The notes below the pieces were generated by a model. That model was not told the origin of the DNA, did not search any database, and was given only the letters and a program-made list of their open reading frames with translations. A DNA stretch of 64,000 nt from Vicugna vicugna (taxonomy: Eukaryota): NCBI GenBank assembly GCA_013265495.1, contig MU058463.1:558001-622000 (forward strand). The letters run 5' to 3'. Shown in pieces: positions 36,401-50,411 of the stretch. The position numbers and the translations under genes were made by a program. Numbering within the stretch: the first letter of the stretch is position 1; the number at the start of each line of letters is the position of its first letter.

Positions 36401-38789
36401 TCAGACCACAGCTAGCAGGAGGCCCATAGAAAAATACATTCACTACAATCAGGCAGCATAAATAGCCACACATGTGGCTACACCCACAAGAGACTTGAGA
36501 TAGAGATTTAACTGAGTTTTGCCCTTGATTTATTCCCCAGTCCAGGACAATATCTGAATAAGCAAGGGCCACTCTAGTTTGGAAGGCCAATAAAATACTA
36601 ATGTGATTCAAATGTAATGTGTTTGTAGTGATTTTTGTCCAACTCAGAATGTAACTGCTATTTGGTGTATATTTATGTTGTAATTGATGCAATTAATTTG
36701 ATTGATTTAACAAAATGTACAATTCTCTGGTCATCAAATATGTTGGGAGATTAAATAAAAATCTCCACAGGATATTCTTCTAATGAAAGCTGACTGGCCA
36801 AACCAGGAAGTAAAGTTAGTTAACAATCATTTAATTCTTACTTTGAATCAACTTTTCATAAAGTTCAAATTTCTATAGTTGAAGGAAGTAAAAGTAGTCA
36901 GTCTGGGGCATGATTATCAGAACACTTGATCTAGAACATTTATATGGTAAATGTTAAGCATATCTTTAAAGAAATAGCTACACCTCATTGGAAGATGCAA
37001 ATAATTAGTATGCGTCCTTTTGTTTATTTTGTTCTCTAAATAGTGCAAAGGTTGTAGAAAAAATAATAGCAAGAAATTTAGAAACAGAGTCAGCAAGATG
37101 GATTTTGTAAGGCAGGTTAATTTCCAGGTGGACTGGGACAGTGTCCTGCTTATCTCTAGTGATTCTTCAAATATCACTTCTGAGTCTTAGTCAAGATAAG
37201 GACCAATTGGCTAATTAATGGTATGTAATGAGCTATTTAAAGTTAAAAACTCCCCTGGCAACACCCAAGGCAAGCTTGTTTATCAGTATTTTATAGTTGG
37301 TATAGCTGATGAGTGCAAACTATATTATAAAGTAAGAAAAACAAATACAAAAAAGAAATAATTGGTTAATAGGTACATAAAAATGCATATCTGCCATAGT
37401 TCTAGTTTTCTATAACTTTTCTATAACTTGTAAGCCCAAGATGCTATTTCATATATTTTTCCAGTAATTATTTCATGTTCTACCTGCCCACCTCAGCCTA
37501 CCACTACAGTAACACTTTTCCCTTATTGTTGGCTCAGTATCCTCTAGGATATGACTAAATGTTGATATATTTTCATTAATTTGCCTTGAAAATAATGTGC
37601 AAATCAGCTTCTTTCAATACAAACCACTTTTGTTTTGTTATATCTTTACTTACTACTTCTGCCTAATTTGTTCATTTTTAGTATTCAAGCCAACATTCTC
37701 TTCTGTGGGTGTATATTCTTTCATTTCACCAATTTAATCTTTTTTTTTCTTTTACTCTGCACTCCTCACTATTATTTTCGTATAGATTACCTATAATATT
37801 GCTTGCATTTTGTATATGCTCAAATCTCTGTGGGTAAAAAGGGGCTTTCAGTTTACTTACATTTTTCATTCTGTTCTTATTTCAGGCTTCCTTCTACTCC
37901 TCCTTTATTGCATTCCAGGCTATTACATTATATAATTTTAAATATTTATTCATGTCACTATTTTAAACAATATTTCCCCAAATAATATAGTACCAGTTTC
38001 TATGTTTTCACATTTATTATAAAAATTATTTTCTAAAAATAACTACAGATAAGTTTTAGATTAAGTGACTTGCATATTATCCATGGGGAGCTCATGATGT
38101 GAAAAATGCAGATTGTAAGAAGTAAATGCTTTATTTATACAGACTATATATTTTCCCTTTGCTGTATTTTCTTTTGAGATTATAGAGTTAATTTAAATTC
38201 TTAAATTTATATTTGAAGAATCTATAATTGATAATATATCTAAACCTCTTACCAGCATAAATAGATCAAAGAAATATAAATCTGTCATTTGGGGATGGAA
38301 TTGGGAAATTCAGCCTGGCCATTTGCCACCAAGTTACCAAAACAACAAGAGATGAGTTTGGAAAGAGAGATTCAGAAGGCTTCCCTCCCTTCCCTCTCTT
38401 CTTCCTTTTTACCTTCCTTTTTTCCTTCTTAAAATTCAATCCACAAAGATTATTCACAAATTTAATCCTTATATAAACACTGAAAATCCTTTCTTTTTCC
38501 TCTGCTTCCTGAGTACACAAGATCTCTATATGAAGAAGCATATACAGACACCTGTCCTGTTTCAAGCAGTATTACATCTATGGAAATAATATCTCCTGGA
38601 TATGTGCAGTAAAGAGGGATATGACCAAAAGAAATATGTCAGTGGAAAAAATATTGGGGTGTAACTTGTGTGGGAGATAGAAACACAGTATATGCTAGTG
38701 GTCATTGAAATTACCTGCTGGCTCATATTTCACTTGGGCATGTGTTTTTTCCTAAGAGATTCAATGAAAACTTTGGTTTTTACTTTTAT

Positions 38790-39282
38790 TTGGCTTTAAA
38801 GTTAGCTTTCAATAAGTTAAAAACAATTCCGAAATCTAGAACGGCAACCATCTATTTAATTCATGGTTTTAAGGCTGGATGATGGGCTGGAATGAATTGG
38901 ATCATTCTGAAGCATGACTGACCTTGGCTGGGCTCACTGCTGGGCCATCTGGAGGCTGGCTTATCAATGATGGTTCTGCTGAGATGATTCATCTCTGCTT
39001 ACTGCAGTATCTCATCCTCCAGGAGATTATCTTTTGTTATTATTGTTCAGATGGTGTACTAGCCAGGTTACAAGAGGAAAGCAAAGGCATGAAAGGCCTC
39101 TTATAGCCCAAGCTCATCTAGTAAAATGTTGCTTCCACTATGTTTTAATGTCCAAAATAAAGTCACAATGCCAGACCAGATTTTAGGAATGGGGAACTAA
39201 ATTTCTCCTGTTAAAGGGAGAATTACATGAAAATGGTTACATGTGGATAGGAATTTATGGTTATTTTCACAGTATACCACAT
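38790..39282 (-). mobile_element. Old MLT1 (H/I/J-like) LTR
   Basis: 'ggctgggctcact', 'tctcatcctccag', 'ccaaaataaagtcacaatgccagaccagatt', terminal 'taccaca'. Confidence 0.65.
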
Positions 39283-40692
39283 CCTGTCTTAAGCTGCTTT
39301 TCTTGACCAATTACTTTCTTATAGCATGTCAACAAAATTAGATTGAATTTTTAAAAAAATATTAGAATTTAAATTAAATCAATTTTTAAAATTGTAAAAA
39401 TATTTCTCATATTGTCTTCATACCAAAATGTTATGTAAAAATTATTAATTTGTCCCTAATGACAATACATCCTAATTATAAGGAAAGTAGATAGTAATAT
39501 TTTAATCTAAATCTGTAGTATAGTGGTAAACTCTGTGCAGTTGTTTTTAATTTAATGTTCATAGATAGATCTGGGTCTTAGTAAAATTCTTGTGGAGTAA
39601 GGTAAAAATTTTTAATGAATATTCATTTTCTGAGTTGATGGTTTATAGTCAATCAGATTCTTGAGTCTCCTACACAGAGTACATGTGTTTTGGGAATCTT
39701 TTCACTCCTAGAAAAAAATGCATATTTTATTTGAATATCAGTTGATTCATAATTTATATGTAGGTCTTAGTTTTTACCACAATTTGGTTACCTCACGCAT
39801 TTAATTGATCATTACTTGTTTGCAGTTACCAGTACCCTGCATACTGAATAAGCAAATTATTTAAAAATATTTTAAAAGTCTGAAAAATGTATTATGATAC
39901 TAGCAGACTGGTATTATGATGAATATAATGTCTACTCAAAAAGCATCCTATTCTTGGCTTCCTATCTGATAACAGATACAGGGTTTCTCCTAAACTAAGA
40001 GATGATCAAGGTCTGCATTGCATTAGAGCCTTTAAATTGTAAAGACTCAAAGTCTGATGGCAGATGGCATGCCTGCTGAGGAATTCAAGGGCACTGATGA
40101 GATAATACTGGAGTGACAACAGAGTCTTTTTGCTCAACATATGTAATACTTGATATGAAGAGATTCTAAAACTGCTGTTGGCATTATTATCTTTGTGATT
40201 AAAAAGGTGAATATTCTGACTGCCTCTGTGGTTATCTGCCAATTATCTTAGAAATTGGGAAAGGGAATTACAAGTGTAAATGAATTCATGTGTAATCCCT
40301 AAATTTAGATCTTAACTATATTTGAATATTATAATTTAATCAAGCCACAGTTTTCACAGACCAGCAAACCCATGTGAAAATTTTAATGAGTAGAATCACT
40401 TAAATATGAAAAAAATTAGAAGAGATATATGACACAATTATGAATAATCTCATGGTGAATCATATTTTTAAACTAACAATGAAAATTAGTTACACTATAT
40501 GTCTGTGCTATCTGTTTTTTAAAATATCTTAAAACATTTTATAGAATGTAGGGAATATGCAGAAACAGAGGACTTCCTGGTCGTGGAGGAACTTGAATGG
40601 ACCAACTTTATTACACTTTAAATGTACACTGAGACTGCAGTGCTGAAGTATAAATATTTAGTATAATTTTATTTTTAAAAACATGTAAATTC

Positions 40693-40901
40693 CAAAGGTA
40701 TGTTAGAGCTGTCTTATACTACTGCATGTGAAAGACCATTGTTAAATATCTGCGGCCTCTGTGAGCCAGTTAATTTTGTATTGGTTGCTTGCAGTTTGGT
40801 TTGTTTGGGGTATTTTTACCATGGAAATAGCAAATGCCCCAGATCAGTGTTTGATTTTTCCATCTAGAGAAGGTTATTAAACATTTACCAGCATACCACT
40901 G
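40693..40901. mobile_element. MER63A-like hAT MITE
   Basis: Ends 'ttaaacatttaccagcataccactg'; start 'caaaggtatgttag' is the decayed inverted counterpart; ~209 bp. Confidence 0.7.
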
Positions 40902-43900
40902 CTTGTAAATTAATCTTTTAAATATGTTATATGCCTTTTTAAACACTTTCCTTCAGTCTCTGCTTTTATTCTCTCTTGGTTTTTGTGAGGTGTTTTTAAT
41001 TTAAAAATTTATAATCATACTAAACTGTATATATATATATATATAAATTTTAGACAAATATAATAAATACACAAATTAAAATGTATTCTTTAATATCTGG
41101 TGAAAATATATGTAAATATATTTTGATATTTTAATTATTTTTAAATCATTTTTTTCTGATGCTTCTATAACATAAAATAGAGATCCAAGTGACTAGTCAC
41201 CAGTTTTGTAATTATAGGACCAAATTATGGAATAATTGATCATGTGGTTAAAATAAGAAAGACACTATTTCTCATAGTTTAAAAGGAAAAATATATCACA
41301 CATCTGAAATACCCCTGGTGAGAAATATCTCACCTCCATAAGTATTCATATGCTCTGTAGTTTCTAGCTTGTATAGTTGCATTATTGCTGGTCATACTGA
41401 TGTAAAAATTGCTTTCTGGTGCATTTACTGTGCAAGCTCAGACAGTGTCATGACAGAACAGTAAAGGGTGAATATTTATAAGTATTTTATAGCAAGGAAA
41501 GTAAGATTTTTCTAGCAAAATAAACCGATCCACATATGCTATATTTTTACATTGTTTGATTTGTTCTCCTAATATTTTGTCTAAGCTATTTGTGCATAGC
41601 TTCATAGTGTCATTGACAGTTTATACCTTTTTCCTGAAAAAATATTTTCCCCACATGTACAACAGTTTATGAACATTTGAGATAATCTGTTTTTAGATTG
41701 CATATTTTTCCCTTTAAGTATATCTTTATCTTGTCCTTTCTTAATTGAAAATTTTTAAAGTCTCATTCCGTTTATTTGCAGTTTTGGAAATTTTTGTTTG
41801 GTTAACTTTTGAGATAGACGTGTTAAACAATAGCTTTCTTGAATTTTACTATTTTCATCTAAATTTGAATAGTTGTTACTACATAATCACTGTCTTTTCA
41901 ATTGCATGCAGATTTAGATATATCTTTCCTTAATACCTCAGTTACCTTAAAAACCTATATTATCTTGCTAAATTCAGTTTAATAGAACATGCGGATATCA
42001 GCAATATGTAAAAGGCAGAAAAAGAATTATAATTTGAAAAATACTTTAACAGGAATATGCCCTTTAAGTATATGCTTGGAATTTGTTTTAAGTTTGTATG
42101 GGAATTCAGAGATGAAAATATTTTAATATTTTGTGCAAGAAGAAATAAAAAGATATAATTTATATCCTCAGCCCCCAAGTAGCAATGATCTGAGCATCAG
42201 ATGGGCTTGTGTGATTGTTTTCTGAGGGAGATCAATTTAACTTTCCAACATGGTATATTTTTTTCTGCCAGAATGCTTACATTTTGTGTTTCGTCCAAAA
42301 AATACCACTCCTGTTTCATTTGCCTTTGGCTTTCTTGAAATTTATTTCCTCATTCGGTTTCTTTTGATTGAATATTTCTCTCTTTATATCTCTATGATGT
42401 ATAGATATTCTTCCAGCATCACCTTAATTTACCTAAGCCTCCAGCTATGTGATATTGTTTATTCTTCTTAGTTCACATCACACTCTGCTATACAAAAGTT
42501 GATTATTTTACTCTTATATTCTCCTCACATGACTGAAATCAGATTAAGGCATCATCAAATTATAAATTTTTATTGCTAAGGATACAGTATACTGTTCTCT
42601 ATAATGCTGTTTTAGGGACAGCTTACTTAAGGACTTTGTAAATAATAGGTGACCAATGTCTATTTTTATATTTAGTTTTTTTTTTCTTTTCAGTACTTTT
42701 CTGTCCAGTACTTAATGTTAAAATTCCTATATTTTTTTCCTTTGATCTCTAGGAAATTTTTAATAGAATTTTGAAATCCCACTTAACTTTTTCTCAAATA
42801 TTGTAACATAACACATTCTGTTCTGTGAAAAGAACTTATTCACAACTTATTCACAAAGGTGCCTTAAGATGAAGCTAATCATTAAAGAAAGACAGATACC
42901 TTAAAATTTCAAGGTTTGGTATGAGTCTTTCACAATAACAATTTCAACAAAAAGAGAAAATGATTCAAAAGCAACAACATAAACCTCTAATGCATTGTGA
43001 ACTAATTCTTCTTTTTGTCATAATTTTGTTGTTGAATATGAAATATTTTTACTGTGATGGGGTGTGTCTGACCTGTAATGCACCCACAGCAATTTAAGCA
43101 ACCATTGTTATATAAATTAAGGGATGCTGTGATGGTGAAAGGAAGTGATTCATGCATGTTTACAGTAGAATTCCAAGATGTTTGCCTTCCTCAAGCAAGC
43201 CTTTTTCCCCTCTACAATAAAATAATACTATTCCCTGTCAGAAAAGAGAAATGTACTTTTCAGAATTTCTCAAAAAAGATAACCCTGTGGGAAAAATACA
43301 GTTAAGCTATATGGTGATTTATTTTCTGTGTCTGATCTTATGATGTAGTATAATTTTTTAAGAAAGCACTTTCAGTTAATCAATAAATCATTTAAATACT
43401 CTAATAAATATTATCCAATTAAAATCAGTATAAAATATGGTGTGATCATTGATACAACGTGAAAAGAAAGTCAATGCAATTGAAATATTTAAAGTATCAG
43501 TACATATATTTCTTGAGGTAAATGATACTCTCTGGGTGATTATTTTATGCTTCATCTTTTTCTTTTGACATAGAAATAATTATTAGAAAGACTTGTATCT
43601 GCTACTTAAGAACAGAAACAGAATTATATGTGCTATATGTATATATATATATATATTCCATGGTATCTTCTCATGTGTTCTGTGTTTTCTGTGTATTGGT
43701 TGACAATAATAAATCCCTATATGCATGCCAAATTAATGATCTTAGATTAATAATAGATAACCATGCTGGTTAATAGTAAATAAACTCTTCGGGAGCATGT
43801 TTATGAAAGTTGAGTCTCTAATTGCACTAATCACAATGACTGCTATCAATTAAATATTAGATAAGAATGTTTTCATTTTTCTACAAGTTGACAATTTTAA

Positions 43901-44059
43901 TTAACAAAATGATTAAATATATAGCAACAGCTATGCTTATAGGCAAATTGTATAACCTGAATTTACAAATATACTAAACAGTATATTCAATTTCACTGGC
44001 TACAATCTTTAGCACTGTCTATACTATCAATTTTTACAACCCTTTTTCCCCTTCTCCCT

Positions 44060-44560
44060 CGAGTCCATTATAGTAAGTCTTTTGACTCTAAAACATAAAT
44101 GAATCATGCTTTTTAAGGTCATCTACAGCTTCTGTTTTTCCAAATTCAATGGCTATTTCTCAGCCCTTTTTATTTTTCTCTTCATCTTGAAAAATGTTCT
44201 TCACTTGACTTTAGGGCAACACATAATCCTGCTCTCCATGTTAACCTTTAGCTGCTTTGCCTCAGTTCTATTTGCTAGGTCTTCTTCCCCATTAAAGCCT
44301 TTAAACACTAGAGGAAGTCAGAGCTCAGTCTGTGTGATTCTTTTATTCTCTGTCTATACTAACTTCCTAAGTGATCTTATTTATATGCTTTTATGTGGCT
44401 TTGATATGTGCCTAGAATCCAAACTTGGACAAGAATTGCATGTTGAATATTTAATAGACATCTCTAACATAATATGTTTAAACTCGTGTATTTGCCCCCC
44501 CCACCAATCAGTTTTTTATTATTCTCATCTCAGAATCTGCTAATGGGAATGGAAACATAT
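44060..44560 (+). mobile_element. L2 ORF2 fragment
   Basis: 'aaggtcatc...ccaaattcaatggctatttctcagcc...cttcacttgac...tctgtctatact'. Confidence 0.7.
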
Positions 44561-45139
44561 TACACTTATTTAATGATCAACATTTAATAAAATATTCTGG
44601 GTCTCTCTGTCTCTCTTTTTCTCTCTCTCCTTTAGAAATTTGAAAATGAAAGGAAGAGACAAAAAGAAAAGTAGATTATCAGGAAAATAGCAATGATAAT
44701 ACTATTACAAATAATCATCTTGATGGAACTAAATCAGAGAATTTATGTCAGAAAATCCTTACTTCAATTTTAAATCTGTCAATAAAAATCACGATGATAG
44801 TTATAACTGAGAAGTAAACAGAACATAATATCTATTGAATATATAATATATACCAGACCTTCTTTTAAGCATGCAACATGGATTAGTTTACATAATTCTT
44901 GAAGCAGCCAAATGCGGAAACCAGACACAATGATACGATGTATTTCTTCAGACCATTTAGATTTTCCTATAATACACACAGTAGATGAAATTGAGAAATA
45001 TAATACAATACATAGGAAATGTCAAATCAAGTATTTTGCCACTTATATTTGGGCCAAGAGGGAGATACAGTTTTTTTTTTTTCCCCCAGTGGAAGACCAT
45101 CTCTTACTGCAGCTTTAGTTAAGTTTTGAACTGAGAAAC

Positions 45140-45858
45140 ATCAATGCAGAAAAAAAGAATGGTGGTTTCCAGAGAATGAGGGGAAGGAGGAGATGGAGAG
45201 TTGTTGTTCAATAGATGTAAAGTAACGGTTACACATAATAAATCAATTATAAAATTCTTCTGTAAAACATAGTATCAATAGTTAACAATACAGACTTTGT
45301 GCACTTTAAAATCTAAGAAGGTATATGAGAAGATATGTCAATTCACTTCATTACAGTAATCATTTCACTAGATATATGAATATCATTACTTGTATACCTT
45401 AAATATACACAATTCTTTTTTTATTATTTTAATTGAAATATAGTGGTTTACAATGTTGTATTATTTCTTTGGGGAGATAATTAGGTTTATCTGTTTATTT
45501 TAGTGGAGGTACTGGGGATTGAACCCAGGACCTCACAAATGCTAAGCATGCACTCTACGACTGAGCTATACTCTCCCCCAACATTCTTATTTTTAAAAGT
45601 TGCATCTTAAAAAAAAATTAAAGGTAAATCTCATGGTATGTATTCTTATCACAAAACAAAATCAAACCAAGCAAACAAACAGAAACAAAAAAACAGAAAT
45701 CTAAGGGAGGATAGTTCTGGTGGTGATGGATATATTTATTACTTAGATTGTGGTGATGGCCTCATAAGTATATGTACATGGCCAAACTCACCAAATTGTA
45801 TACCTTAATATGTGCAGTTTTAAAAATATCAATTATAACCTCAATAAATCTGTAAAAC
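45140..45858 (+). mobile_element. L1MB-like 3' end carrying nested insertions
   Basis: 'agaatggtggtttccagag...gagttgttgttcaatag' and 'ttgtggtgatgg...aaactcaccaaattgtatac...cctcaataaa'. Confidence 0.75.
45467..45579 (-). mobile_element. tRNA-derived SINE (Vic-1-like), second copy
   Basis: Reverse complement GGGGGAGAGTATAGCTCAGTCGTAGAGTGCATGCTTAGC...GAGGTCCTGGGTTCAATCCCCAGTACCTCC, matching the copy at 34957. Confidence 0.9.
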
Positions 45859-46100
45859 ACACACACACAACAAAAAATATCTTCCAGATCACATGATATG
45901 TATTCTTTCCTACTAAAAAAAAGCAAACGTAACAGTTTTCTAAGGATACTTTTAACTCACCATTGTTATTCCAAGTAAACTAATTTTAGTAATCATTCAA
46001 TAAACTTCCTATCTATAAATTCACTAAAAAGTCTTATATAAGGTCTGAAAATTATTACAAGATTATAGTCTCCTGGAATCTTGGTAGTGAAGTCACAAAG

Positions 46101-46154
46101 AGTATCAGTTGGAAAGCACATATATAGTATCAGTTGGAAAGCACATATATAGTA
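46101..46154. repeat. Perfect 25-bp tandem duplication
   Basis: AGTATCAGTTGGAAAGCACATATAT x2 followed by AGTA. Confidence 0.95.
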
Positions 46155-47159
46155 CTTCTGTGGATTAAATTTTCTTTAAGACTTCTTTAAGACTATGCCC
46201 AGACTCTGCTCTTACTTAGCTACCAAATGGCAACCCCACTATCTACTGTATGCTTGGAAATAAAGATTGGTATTACATGACTATCACTACTTAAGTGCTC
46301 AATCCATGTTAATATATTAAGCAGCTAGTACATATTCAATACTATACTTACACAGCCCTATATAATGTATAAAATGCATAAGCAGCTTGTAAATACTCTG
46401 AGCCATAGATTCCAAGAATGTATTAAATGACAGCATTGGTTTTCATGGGACTCTGCAATAGACATTCTGTTACCAATTTCGGAAGATAGTATTTTTGCTT
46501 AGGAAAAAAGACTATATATAATCTGTAATTTATGAGAATAGCCAAGACATAGACACTGGGGAGAACACCAGAAGGAAAGATGGATTAAATTAGGGAGGGC
46601 TCCAGAGCAAATCAAACAATATATAAAGTTTCAATTTAACTTGTAAGAAAATATCCAACACTTTTTAGAATATATGTGTGGTTACTATCTCTGTAGAAGG
46701 AATAGATAATTATTATGAAGGACCTACTCAAGGGAAACTGCCCATAACCATTCAGAGAAATTGGAAAGAAGTGCTCTGAAACAAATAAGGGACATCTACA
46801 GACTCTGTAAAGCACAAATAGTGTGGTATCTAAAAAAAGATAGCTGAACCTGGGAAAATAGGAACTATGTTTAGACATATTTTCATTGTTGTTTTACCAA
46901 AAATGAATTATGCAAGTTTAATAGAAACAAAGCTCTGGAAATGAAAAACCAACTACCAGTCAACAGAATTTTCAGGAATATAAATGTATATAGTAATACT
47001 GTAAATTATAATTTTCCTATTTGTTAGCCATATGGAAAAATAATGGTTGTGCTTTTTTTTTTACTAAGATCTAAATCAGTCTTTGATACTGATGTTTTAG
47101 AGATAGATGACAGATAGATGGAGAAATATAAAGAAATAGATAATATGGATTGAGTTGAT

Positions 47160-49185
47160 TCAGATATGGATTGATTCCCTTCGTATTGTCTGATATTAAT
47201 ATTTCATATAACTATGGTAAGACTATCAAAACTAGGAAACTACTGATCATAGTTTGATTTCACCAGTGTTTAAACCAATAATTTTTCTCTATTATAGATC
47301 CTATCTCAGATCATGTATTGCATTTTTTGGTAAAGATTTTTATCCCCAATGAGTGGTAGTTCTTTAGTCTGTTATTTTTCATGACCTTGATACATTTGAG
47401 TATTGTCAGATGCCTTGTAAAAATGTCACTCAGTTTGGGTTTGTCTTATGTTTATTGTGATAGAGGCCATGGATTTGGTTGAAGGAGAATACCTCACAGT
47501 CACTATACCTTTTATAACACATGTATCAGAAGACACATGATATTGAGATGTCTCATGACCACTGGTACTAACCTTGATTCCATGTTTAAGGTGATGTATG
47601 CAAGGTTCTTCAATACAAAGTCACCGTTTTCTTCTTTAGTATTCAACAGATATTCTGGAGGAATCACATTTAAGCTGTGAAAGTATATCATTTATAAACA
47701 CTTATTTACAAATTTTACAATTCATCTGTTATGTTGCTGGCAGAAATTATCATTGGCTGTTCTAATGGTTATTTATATTTAATCTCATTTCTTCTATTTT
47801 TGTTAATTAAAACTTTTCTATAGAGAAGTTGTCTTTTTTCCCTGTTTATTTATTCAAACATTTATTTATATTAGTATGAACTCATTCATATTTATTATCT
47901 ATTTTGTCCTTTGGGTTATAATCAAAACTACCATTATCTATCATTATTTATTTGTAGCTCAAGTTTTTTCACTTTTGAACAATGAGAATTATATAAATAT
48001 ATACACATATGTATCTGATATTTCTGAATCTAGGTGTTCATACTCATATCTGTAATATCTGTAGTTTCAAACCAGAACCCCACAGGATTTATTACTATTC
48101 TATCAAATTAGTAAGTATGTAATGGTAACTGAATTTGGTTTTGCGTTGCACTTCCCTAATAACTAACAATGCTGGACGTTTTTATATACATATGTGCTAT
48201 CCATACACTTTTGGATAAAATGTCTGTATAGATCTTTGTCCATTTTGAAAATTTTAAAATTATTTTATGATTATGTAGCTTTAAGAGACTTTTATATATT
48301 CTGGACACAAATTCTTTATCAGATGTGATTTGCAAATATGATTCTCCTAATGTGTAACTTATCTTTATATCTCTTAAAAGTTTCTTTCACAGAGAAAAAA
48401 TTACCATTATTGATACAATTTGCTGTATTAATTACTTTCTTTTATGATTCATGATTTGGTGTTATACCTAAAAAGTCTTTGTCAAATCCAGAGTGACATA
48501 AGTTTTTGATTATATTTCCTTCTGAATATCTTATATCTATACCATTTATATTTAGTTTTAAAATCCATTTCAGTTAATATTTATATCAGATGTTACCTAT
48601 AATGTGAATTTAATTATTTTGATATAGACATCAGGTTTTTCCAGCAGCATGAAAATGATAAAAAGACTACAATTTTTCCATTGATTTGCTATTGTACCTT
48701 AGTGAAAAATCAGTTCTTTACATTTGTGTTTATCTATTTTGAAATTCTATAATCTGTTCCATAGATCAGTGTTTCTGTGTTTTTACTAATATGTAAGTCT
48801 TGATTACTGTAGGTTTATATAGAGTCTTGGAATTGGGTAGTGGAAGTTCACTCATTTTGGTCTTTTATTTTAAAGTAGTTTCTATTTTAATCCCTTTCCA
48901 TATAAATTTTTGTATCAGATTGTCAATATCTATAAAAAAGCTTTCTGGGATTTGAATTCGGATTGCAATGAATCCACAGATAAAATTGGGGAACATTAAC
49001 ATCTTACCAATACTGAGTTTGATTATAATTGCACACAGCGTATTTTTCCATTTATTTAGACCTTTGATTTCTGTGAGCAATTTTTTTATTATTTGGCATG
49101 TGCATCTCATACATATTTGCTTGATTTATTATGTTTTCTTTTTTGGTGCTATTGATTTTTCAATTGTTTTAGTTTGTTAGTATTT
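47160..49185 (-). mobile_element. Old L1 3'UTR (47160-48090) and ORF2 (48100-49185) remnants
   Basis: ORF 48865-49110 translates to L1 ORF2-like 'EIKGLNKWKN...AIRIQIPESFFIDIDNLIQKFIWK'. Confidence 0.8.
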
Positions 49186-49467
49186 TCAATTAAGTTTGAA
49201 TTCCCTAGGCTCCCTTTGAGTGAGGTTCCATGTAATGAGTATATCAACTAGACTGGTCTGGACTTGCTCTCAGGGGAGAGAAATGTCATGCCAAGAATTA
49301 GTTAAAATGGATCTTGAATTTTCAAAATTGGTCTGTATACACCACTACTTTTGTCTGTCTTACACAAGAGATAGCCTCAAATAGATAATCTTTTCTAAGA
49401 ATGGTTACATTGAAACATCCATCTGCCTTACTAAATTGTGTAGATTAAGTGGTGAAGAAAGTAGGAT

Positions 49468-49720
49468 GTATATGCCATGTTTCTTCGTTAATTCATCTGC
49501 TAATGGACATTTATGTTGTTTCCACATCTTAGTTATTGTGAATGGTGCTGCAATGATCATGAGAATGCTAATATCACTTTGAGATCCTGATTTCAATTCT
49601 TTTGGATAAATCACAGAGCACAGTTGATGAGAATATGGTATAATAGTTCCTCAAAATATTAAAATAAAACTACCACATGATCTAGCAGTTCCACTTCAGG
49701 GTGTTTACCCAAAAGAATTG
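49468..49720. mobile_element. Short L1 ORF2 C-terminal fragment with an internal inversion
   Basis: Minus piece 49468-49611 (IYPKELKSGSQ...IIAAPFTITKMWKQHKCP); plus piece ~49620-49720 ('ctaccacatgatctagcagttccactt...acccaaaagaattg'). Confidence 0.75.
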
Positions 49721-49963
49721 GGAAGTTTATTTCAATTTTCCCTATTTTCACTTAGCCTTTAAACCTATACTAACAGATAGGATGCTTACCTTTCAGTGTG
49801 AGGCCTCATCATTCACCGAAAGAATTAGGCCATTTAATATAAAACCCCAGTGGATCTTCTTATGATGCCCTAACCTGACCTGTGGAGAGTCTTTGCATTT
49901 TCAATTTTGGAAGCTGTGGCTCTGCCAGCATCCCATCCTCATCACAAAAAAACTCTCAAGAAC

Positions 49964-50411
49964 TGTAATGGATTGCAAATTTTACCCTACTTTCAAGCTA
50001 GCATTAGGCCATCATGGTTTCATGAATGTAGATGATTACTCAAGACTCCTACATCAGAGACAAAGACTGTATTCAGAGTGGTATCTCTTGCTCCTGAATG
50101 GTGGCCTAGGTGGATGCTATACAATAAATAACAAAAAGAATCCTAAACTGCAGAAGCCCCAATATTTTATAAGGCGTTGCAGGCAAACTTGCCCACTCTT
50201 TGCCATGAAGGGAGACACTGTCTTTATTATACTAGATGGCAAACAAATCTGATTTCTACCTGAATCAGTCAACTCCAGAAAAAAAAAAAAAAACTCTAAC
50301 CTCCAAGGCTGTTTGCTATGCAGTCATCCTTGGAAAGATCAAGACTGTTAGTCCCTTTACTTATAAGACTTCGAGAAATGTGAGAGACTTAAGGAGTATT
50401 GTCCTAACACA
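49964..50411 (-). mobile_element. Solo LTR (probably ERV1-type)
   Basis: TG...CA termini with direct repeat AGAAC (49959-49963, 50412-50416); strand tentative. Confidence 0.65.
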
